A stretch of 33,688 bases of DNA from Candidatus Woesearchaeota archaeon (GTDB lineage: Archaea > Nanobdellota > Nanobdellia > Woesearchaeales > ARS49). The first letter of the stretch is position 1, and the number at the start of each line of letters is the position of its first letter. Location of the stretch: the NCBI GenBank assembly GCA_018303245.1, contig JAGVYM010000010.1, positions 1 through 33,688 on the forward strand, read 5' to 3'. Of this stretch, positions 27,309-33,688 are shown one piece after another. The notes beneath the pieces were generated by a model. It was not told the DNA's origin. It made no database searches and was given only the letters and a program-made list of their open reading frames with translations. Position numbers and translations under genes: made by a program.

Positions 27309-28583
27309 ATGATGCAAGAGACTGCTTTTGGAGAATTGCATGCCGATGAGCAGTTGGTGCACGATTTCGAAATGCAAAGGGCGCGCGATGAAGTGCGTCT
27401 TCGCGAGATTCTTGATTCATATCCTGACAAGAATAATATAGACCCTGACACGCTTCCGTCTGAAACTTGGGGCTTGCTTGCCTGGGAATTCATGGACCTT
27501 GGTTTGAGGGATCGGATACTTGCAGGGATGTTTCGTCATTCGCTTGCCCGCGCGAAAAAAGCGATGCCGATTTATGAACAATCGCTTGCGTACGTTGATG
27601 TTTGTCCTGAGCTTTTTGAGTCGATGGAACAGCTTGTGCAGATTCCTGTTCTGGTAAAAGATGGCCTTCATGGCTTTCGGCAGAAAGTGCGGTCAAATCC
27701 TTCGCTGTTGCGTCCAACTGATAAAGCTGTCCTGATGACGCCGTATCTTTCCGGGGGGACCGGGATTGATAACCAGACTGTTGGTAAATCTACACCGACG
27801 TGGATTAGTGAGCGCGATCTGGAAAGAGAGAGTCTTGCGCTTGCGTTCCGCTGTTTTCTTCCGGGTGGTTTTTCAAAAGCGATGAAGTTTATGAATTTTT
27901 ACAATCTCGCACACAAGGGGGGCGAGGAAATCAAGCGTGCAATCAACCATTTGGGTGCGCAGGTTTTCCTGCCGCGCAGGCCCGAGGATAGCGTTGAACA
28001 GTGCCTTGAATATATGGACCTCTTTGGCATCACCGCGCTTGCGGCTGTTCCTCAGTCCCCTCGTGATAAGAAAGGAGCTCCTAAAGGAGGTGCAGTTTCA
28101 TTCGACGATCTTTATGCTCGTAAGGCTGAGCTGTTCGGAAGCAAAGGAACAGTCAAGAGCGCGTTTGTGACCGGGTTTGCCATTCCTGAAAGTGTAATCA
28201 ATCTTGCGCAGCGAAATTCGCTCAATCTTTTTTCAACGTGGGGCGCAAGCGAAGCGATTCCTGGTGCAACATCGACAGTTCTTGGCCCGCCTACTCGTAT
28301 TTGTAAATACAATAATCAGCATCTGCTGTATTTTCCCCATTATCTTGCAGTAATGGATTTGACGGGTGCGCAGCCACGTTTCTGCCAGCCAGGTGAGGAA
28401 GGATTGCTTCTTGTGACAACAATTGCTCGTGATGGGACATTGTTCATAAACTATGCCATTGGGGACAGGGCAACAGTAATCTCCAATCACTGTGAGTGTG
28501 GAAGGACAACACCAGTGATAGGCAAAATCCGTCGTGAGGATAACCCTGGTGAACTCTCAAGTGGAGGATGCAGGTACGCATGA
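27309..28583 (+). CDS. ANL-superfamily adenylating enzyme (PaaK/F390-synthetase-like; LuxE/GriC-like)
   Basis: QIPVLVKD, P-loop YLSGGTG, FSTWGASE, GEEGLLLVTT, FINYAIGDRA, CECGRT; ends shortly after the hinge Arg with GGCRYA and lacks the PaaK C-terminal subdomain. Confidence 0.85.
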   Translation: MMQETAFGELHADEQLVHDFEMQRARDEVRLREILDSYPDKNNIDPDTLPSETWGLLAWEFMDLGLRDRILAGMFRHSLARAKKAMPIYEQSLAYVDVCPELFESMEQLVQIPVLVKDGLHGFRQKVRSNPSLLRPTDKAVLMTPYLSGGTGIDNQTVGKSTPTWISERDLERESLALAFRCFLPGGFSKAMKFMNFYNLAHKGGEEIKRAINHLGAQVFLPRRPEDSVEQCLEYMDLFGITALAAVPQSPRDKKGAPKGGAVSFDDLYARKAELFGSKGTVKSAFVTGFAIPESVINLAQRNSLNLFSTWGASEAIPGATSTVLGPPTRICKYNNQHLLYFPHYLAVMDLTGAQPRFCQPGEEGLLLVTTIARDGTLFINYAIGDRATVISNHCECGRTTPVIGKIRREDNPGELSSGGCRYA

Positions 28584-30031
28584 CAATCCGCATCACGAAT
28601 TTCGTGGGCGGCAAGTTCCATGATTCATTGGATGGAGCATTTAGTGTTTCAAGTCCGTTCTTTGATTACGCGGTTGACGTTCCCAATTCGTGTGTTCTGG
28701 ATTTAGGTGACGCGTTTTCAGTCGCAAAAAAAGCGCAAGTGGCATGTGCGAGCCTGTCTTTTGAGGCGCGTCGTGAAATTCTCAAAAAAGCTGCAGAACG
28801 ATTCATCATTTCTGATGAGGAGCTGGCACATTTGGTCAAGATGCAGGGCATGCCTATCCGGTTTGTGAAACAGCACGCCATGTATTCGCGTGAGTTGTTT
28901 TTTCATACTGCGAATGCGGCAGAGCGTAGGCATGGTCATGCTTTGGGCCACCTTGGGGAAAGCATGGACGTGCACGGCTTTGAGCTTAGCCTTCCTCCAG
29001 AGGGGATTGCCGTTGCGTTCATTCCGCCCAATGACCCTGCGGAGGCCGCGTTTGTCCTTTCGCATGTTGTGATGAGTGGCGCAGTGATTATCATAAAGCC
29101 AAGCCAGCAGGAGCCTTATATGGCGTTGAAAATTGCAAGCTTGTTGACTGAGTGCGGGTATCCTCCAGGCGGAATCAATGTTGTTCATTGGAATACTGCG
29201 GATGCAACCCGTTCAGAGTTGACACATTTTTTACTGCGTGATTCAAAATATCGTATTTTTATGGGAGATTATGATAGTGCGCATACAATGTTTGCTTCTG
29301 TGGAGAACAGGAACGCAAAGAACTGTATTTTTTCCGCAGGAAAATCAAAAGCGATTGTGGATGATGGGGCAGATCTTGAGCGCACGGCAGAGAGCATCAT
29401 TGAGTCATCTCTTTATTGGACTAATAATTGTGTTTCGACGAAATCAGTCATCGTTGTGGGGGAACAGAATGCCAAGCGATTGAGTGAAATTCTGGAGCGC
29501 AAGTTCAGGGATTTTATGGTTGGAGATCCGTTTAATCCTGACACGACAATAGGGTATGTTGATGAGAAAACACTCGATGAGCTTGAGCAGGTAGCAAGAG
29601 GGCAGAATGATTTTTCTTATGCTCACTTCCACCATAATTTTGTAAGGGTTAATAAGTTTCAAATGAATCCGCTTCTTGTTTGGCTACCGCATCCTGATGC
29701 CGAGTCGCCATTTGTTTCACATGAGTTTCCATACACCCTTGCAGTTATGTCAGTCCCAACGTTTGAGGACGCAGTGCATTTTGTCAATGAGGCGAGTGGT
29801 TTTCTGCTTGAGAAAAAGTCAATGGCGGTTTCGTTGTATGCAACTGAAGCTTCATTTACTGACTTCGCAAAGAGCAATCCCGGAAAACTTAAAAGCATTA
29901 TTGGGCTAAAGTCCCATTTGCTGTTTTACAACAAGCCATCGACGTGCCTCTCGCCTCATTTGAGGCATCAGGGGACTGATCTTACTGGTTTTTTATCGCG
30001 GCCTATGACGATTGTTGATTCAAAAATCTGA
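28580..30031 (+). CDS. Aldehyde-dehydrogenase-fold enzyme, probable acyl reductase (LuxC/GriD-like)
   Basis: FIPPNDP, IIKPSQQEP, GYPPGGINVV, FMGD, SAGKSKAIV (ELGG Glu missing), NNCVST catalytic Cys at 29429-29431, HEFPY; ATGA coupling at 28580. Confidence 0.85.
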   Translation: MTIRITNFVGGKFHDSLDGAFSVSSPFFDYAVDVPNSCVLDLGDAFSVAKKAQVACASLSFEARREILKKAAERFIISDEELAHLVKMQGMPIRFVKQHAMYSRELFFHTANAAERRHGHALGHLGESMDVHGFELSLPPEGIAVAFIPPNDPAEAAFVLSHVVMSGAVIIIKPSQQEPYMALKIASLLTECGYPPGGINVVHWNTADATRSELTHFLLRDSKYRIFMGDYDSAHTMFASVENRNAKNCIFSAGKSKAIVDDGADLERTAESIIESSLYWTNNCVSTKSVIVVGEQNAKRLSEILERKFRDFMVGDPFNPDTTIGYVDEKTLDELEQVARGQNDFSYAHFHHNFVRVNKFQMNPLLVWLPHPDAESPFVSHEFPYTLAVMSVPTFEDAVHFVNEASGFLLEKKSMAVSLYATEASFTDFAKSNPGKLKSIIGLKSHLLFYNKPSTCLSPHLRHQGTDLTGFLSRPMTIVDSKI

Positions 30032-30071
30032 AGTTGTACAAGTCTAAAGTGAATAATAAAAAGAAAGGTTT

Positions 30072-30800
30072 CTACTTAAGAACAATCATCCCCTTGTCCG
30101 CAATTTTCATGGGAATGGGATCGCGTCGGTGATTGGTTCGTCGCATTTTTACGACACGAATCGCGCGGTCTGCTTCGCCGCCAAGGCCTGCGCTGTGGAG
30201 GGTGATGACTGAGTCCGCGACAAATTCTAGGAGGCCTTCCCGGCTCAAATTTCCTCCTCCTGATGTAACATCGAGCGGGGGTTCGCCGTCCAGTTCAGCA
30301 GTCATTACAACGGTGCAGTCAAGTTCTTTCAGGAAACGCGAGAGCTTGTAAAGTTCTGTGCGCAGCTGGAACGTGTCCCCTTTGAACGACATCGAGAAGA
30401 TTGACACCGAGTCGATTACCACTCGCTTGATGGCGTATTTGGAAATCAAGGTTGCCATTTCTTTCTGCATGTTCGGGCTTTCATAGGGCTTGAATGAGAG
30501 GAAGAAGCATTGTCGTTTTTTCTCGAATTGGTCGAAATCCCAGCCAAACATGCTTGCATCTGCTTTTAGAGACTCCACATTTTCATCAAAGGTAACGACA
30601 AGGCCGGGCTCGTTGTTAAGCGCTCCGTTGTAGATGTATTGGAGGCCAAAAATTGTTTTGCCTGAACCTGGGCCGCCCGATATCATGATGAGTGAGTTTT
30701 TCACAAATCCGCCTTCGATTGCAGGGTCGAATCCAGGTATGTTGGTCTTGATTCGTTGAAGGTTGTATTTTTTGGAGGGCTGTTTGGTTTGTTTTTTCAT
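30072..30800 (-). CDS. KaiC/RAD55-like ATPase, single domain
   Basis: TNIPGFD, GGPGSGKT, VTFDE, VIDSVS, LEFVADSV, VVKMRRT. Confidence 0.92.
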   Translation of the reverse strand: MKKQTKQPSKKYNLQRIKTNIPGFDPAIEGGFVKNSLIMISGGPGSGKTIFGLQYIYNGALNNEPGLVVTFDENVESLKADASMFGWDFDQFEKKRQCFFLSFKPYESPNMQKEMATLISKYAIKRVVIDSVSIFSMSFKGDTFQLRTELYKLSRFLKELDCTVVMTAELDGEPPLDVTSGGGNLSREGLLEFVADSVITLHSAGLGGEADRAIRVVKMRRTNHRRDPIPMKIADKGMIVLK

Positions 30801-30802
30801 GG

Positions 30803-31567
30803 TTACTCCTTGGTGTCGTGTACGGTGATTCCATTGCTAGCAATTTCAAAACCGTGAACGCCGCTGTCGCTTTTTGTTCCTCTCATCTTTCGCACGAGCA
30901 GTGAGCGGGAAGTCTGCCAGGCATTGATTTCAAAGGTCATAAGGATAATTCCATCCGCGATAAACTCTGAAACGGTGTCTCTTGACAAAAATTCTCCTTT
31001 TTCAGGTGCTTCAGATGTTACCATGCTTGTGCAGCCCATCTGTTTGATGTCGTACAAGAATCCGTAGACGAATCTTTTGACGACGAAGTCTCCAAGAATT
31101 GGAGGAGAAAAGAATGCTTTGTAGTTCATGATGTCGCGCAGCGCGATGTCTTTGATTGGCGTGTAGACTGGCGCATTGACCGAAAGTGTTGAAAGTGAGT
31201 CGATGACGAGCCGTTGGATTTTTCGTTCTTTGACTTCTTTTTTGATGAGTTCGATGGTTTGTGTTGTCAAGTCATGGATTGGGACATGCATGAGCGTGAG
31301 CATTCCTGTTTTTTCAAGTTTTTTTAAGTCAAGCCCGATTTGCATCGCCTGTTCGCGCAAGTCATCAAGGCTTTGTTCAAGGGTAACATACATGCATTTC
31401 TCTTTGAACTTTGAGGCGCCGTTGTACAGAAATTCAAGCGTGAAGAGGGTTTTTCCTGTTCCTGGTGTTCCGATGAGAAGAATTACTGCTCCTTGAGGAA
31501 GTCCTCCTTGGACGAGCTTGTCAAATCCTTTGATGCCAGTTGGTACTCGTTTGGGCACATGAATCAC
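30803..31567 (-). CDS. KaiC/RAD55-like ATPase, single domain with insert; start may be GTG 31558
   Basis: RVPTGIKGFD, GTPGTGKT, VTLEQ, VIDSLS, SEFIADGI, VRKMRGT. Confidence 0.92.
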   Translation of the reverse strand: MIHVPKRVPTGIKGFDKLVQGGLPQGAVILLIGTPGTGKTLFTLEFLYNGASKFKEKCMYVTLEQSLDDLREQAMQIGLDLKKLEKTGMLTLMHVPIHDLTTQTIELIKKEVKERKIQRLVIDSLSTLSVNAPVYTPIKDIALRDIMNYKAFFSPPILGDFVVKRFVYGFLYDIKQMGCTSMVTSEAPEKGEFLSRDTVSEFIADGIILMTFEINAWQTSRSLLVRKMRGTKSDSGVHGFEIASNGITVHDTKE

Positions 31568-31604
31568 CTCTTTGGTACTACTCCGTTGTTTATCGTATTT
31601 ATAG

Positions 31605-32819
31605 TTATGCTTTGGGAGTTATCTCTATGCTGGCAGGCGGTCGCTCCGCTTCTTCTGTCACGTTTATCCACGAGCGGATGTCGTGTTCGAGTGTAAATAT
31701 TTCGCTTAAGTCCCGCATGAAAAAGACAAGCGCGTTGTCGACGAGTGTGAGATTCGCGACGACCATGATGTTGCTTCCGTCTTTGCAGTGGAGGGGGATG
31801 ACGAGGTCCTTGACGACCTGGTTTTTCTTGCAGGAGGTTATCGAGTCGAGGATTTTCTGTCGGACTTCTTTTTTGGGGAATATTTGAGAGAGTCCCTTGT
31901 CGCGGTCGTGCAGGTCTTTTTTCTGGTAGCCGGTGAGCTTGGTGAGCGTGTTGTTCGCAATGAGAACATGGTCATGTGTGTCAAAGGCAAGTACAGGGAC
32001 TCCTGCTTTCTCGATGAGTGCTTCAACGAAGTCTTTTTGTGAGCGAAGCTCGTCCTCTGTTTTTTTCAAAGGAGTGATGTTGCGCGAGAGGATAAGGATG
32101 CTGTTGATGCTTCCGTCATTGTTTTTGATGGGCGAGATGGTTTCAAGGCTCCAGAGGTGGCTTCCTTCTTTGTATCTTCCTTCGAACGTGGTCATTTTGC
32201 CGTGTTTTGCGGCGGCAAGCGCGCTTTTGAGTTTTGGCTTGTAGTCGTCCTGCAAAAAGCGGGCGAGTTGTTCTGCGTCGCAGGATTCTTTTGCACGGTA
32301 ATGTTTGATTGCACTTTCGTTCATGAAGATGGATTTTCCGCTGGTGTCAAGCAAGACGATGCAGTCAGGTGATGTTTGGGCGAGCACGCGGTAGCGTGCC
32401 TCGAGTTCTTTCTCGAGGTGTTCCGCGCGTTCTTTAGCTTCCAATGCTTCTCCTAGTTTGAGTTCTTCTTTTTTCAGTCCGACTTTCTCGACGGCAAGTT
32501 TGAGGCTTACTAGAATGCGGTCAAACGCTTTGGCGAGTTCGCCTATTTCATCAGTTCGTTCTTTTCCTTCGACGTGAATGTCGAGTTTTCCTTTGCTGAT
32601 GTCTTCGATGTTGCGCGTGAGCTTTTGGATAGGGTGGGTGATTGAGTACTCGGTCCGAAGCCCGATGGCGATAGCGGCAAGGAAGAGCAGGAAGACGATG
32701 GAGATTCCAGTCACCATGGTACTGTTGAGCGCGAAGAGTTTGAGTGCCGCTATGAATGCGAGTGCTCCAACGAGAAGGATGAAGAGCAGGCTGCCCGTGA
32801 GTTTTATTCCTATTTTCAC
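31605..32819 (-). CDS. Membrane HAMP-PAS-PAS sensor protein without an output domain
   Basis: Two TM helices, HAMP (PIQKLTRNIEDISKGKL..DEIGELAKAF), PAS1 (SPDCIVLLDTSGK..SRNIT), PAS2 (AGVPVLAFD..FMRDLSE); ends ~25 aa later. Confidence 0.88.
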   Translation of the reverse strand: MKIGIKLTGSLLFILLVGALAFIAALKLFALNSTMVTGISIVFLLFLAAIAIGLRTEYSITHPIQKLTRNIEDISKGKLDIHVEGKERTDEIGELAKAFDRILVSLKLAVEKVGLKKEELKLGEALEAKERAEHLEKELEARYRVLAQTSPDCIVLLDTSGKSIFMNESAIKHYRAKESCDAEQLARFLQDDYKPKLKSALAAAKHGKMTTFEGRYKEGSHLWSLETISPIKNNDGSINSILILSRNITPLKKTEDELRSQKDFVEALIEKAGVPVLAFDTHDHVLIANNTLTKLTGYQKKDLHDRDKGLSQIFPKKEVRQKILDSITSCKKNQVVKDLVIPLHCKDGSNIMVVANLTLVDNALVFFMRDLSEIFTLEHDIRSWINVTEEAERPPASIEITPKA

Positions 32820-32989
32820 CTTGAAAACCTCTTTCTTAGACTGGCAATTTGAACAGTGGATGTTTTAAAGGTGTTCGTGAATCGCCACTCTCCTCTATTC
32901 GTTCTGGTGATTCTCGACATGATTCCCCTTTTAAAGTGCTTCAATGCGCGCAGTCTTTTTATGCTTTGCGTTATGTGTTCTGAAGAATG

Positions 32990-33604
32990 CTAAAGTGACT
33001 GTCGTGCAGGTCTTATGGTGGTAATTCCTGCGGAACGTATTGCGCTGATTGGGTGAGTGGAGCAATTACAGACTGCACGGCCTTGGATGTTGTTGAACGT
33101 GCAGTCTACAGATGGTGTTGAGAAGCTTCCTTTGGTTATGATGAATGTTCCTTGCGGGATTCCGTAGAGGTCCATGAAATAGTATGTTGAGCGCTGGTCT
33201 TTTGGAACGCGCACGAGCGTTTCGGTGTTAATGCTCAAGAACCCGCCTTCATTTCCGTTTAGCGTTTTACCTTTTGACATATCGAGTGTTCCAAAGTGAG
33301 AGGTTCTTTTCACGACAAAGTTGATGGTTGCGAGTCGTTCTGGTCCTTGCGTTGCGAATCCATCTGAGGTGTCAAGTGCGGGGAGCGCAATCTGCTCGTA
33401 GAGTTGTCTTGCGACTTCACCGCAGCTTCCTTGTGGGAACGTGACCGCGTAAGTTTCAAAGAATCTGTTGACAGTGTCATCAAGCGTGAGCGCGTAGGAG
33501 TTTTCTTTAACAACTGCGCCTGTTGGAGTTCCACCAAATTGAACCATCGCGCCTGTGAGAAGTAAGATGAAGATAATGCCTGCCAGTGCAACGCGTAGTT
33601 CCAT
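32990..33604 (-). CDS. Secreted or membrane-anchored hypothetical protein
   Basis: MELRVALAGIIFILLLTG hydrophobic N-terminus followed by PTGAVV; four Cys; TATA at ~33638-33646. Confidence 0.75.
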   Translation of the reverse strand: MELRVALAGIIFILLLTGAMVQFGGTPTGAVVKENSYALTLDDTVNRFFETYAVTFPQGSCGEVARQLYEQIALPALDTSDGFATQGPERLATINFVVKRTSHFGTLDMSKGKTLNGNEGGFLSINTETLVRVPKDQRSTYYFMDLYGIPQGTFIITKGSFSTPSVDCTFNNIQGRAVCNCSTHPISAIRSAGITTIRPARQSL

Positions 33605-33688
33605 ATTGTCTCTTTTTCGCAAAAGTATGGTTGAAGAATATAAAAAGCTATGCGCCGTCCGTGCTTAAGCCAAAAAGTCAAATCTCTG

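Noticed and set aside
27309..30031. Bioluminescence (lux) or phenylacetate catabolism (paa) operon
   Set aside because: No luxAB/luxD or paa ring-oxidation genes in the window, so no gene symbols were assigned
17459..31567. Circadian clock (kaiABC) interpretation
   Set aside because: The ATPases are single-domain, no kaiA or kaiB is present, and the phosphosites are replaced by E-F

Overview
The window looks archaeal and DPANN-like, probably Woesearchaeota (inference). The evidence is TATA/BRE promoters with leaderless starts, tRNAs without encoded CCA, an intron-containing tRNA-Ile(UAU) with a perfect BHB motif, and several KaiC/RAD55-type ATPases. It has three parts. (1) About 1.1-7.7 kb: a ~6.5-kb AT-richer element integrated at tRNA-Glu(TTC). 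It carries a tyrosine integrase, small paralogous ORFs, a Zn-finger/wHTH protein, a divergent RHH/wHTH pair and an AbrB-RelE toxin-antitoxin module, and has two att-like copies of the tRNA 3' end. (2) About 7.9-17.5 kb: an operon of an unannotated AbrB-type regulator, a 2841-aa sequon-rich surface protein (beta-helix, five DUF11-like repeats, C-terminal TM) and a paralog of that protein's membrane anchor. (3) About 17.5-32.8 kb: a dense signalling island with three KaiC-like ATPases, three degenerate KaiC/DUF835-like proteins, membrane sensors, a HAMP histidine kinase, a stand-alone receiver, a V4R protein and a HAMP-PAS-PAS protein. Embedded in it is a three-gene operon: FIST sensor, PaaK/LuxE-like adenylating enzyme with a C-terminal Cys, and an ALDH-fold enzyme lacking the general-base Glu (LuxC/GriD-like). 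This operon is the best candidate for an undescribed system: small-molecule (aldehyde) synthesis wired into a KaiC-centred signalling network. All family calls come from reading motifs by eye, not from database searches.
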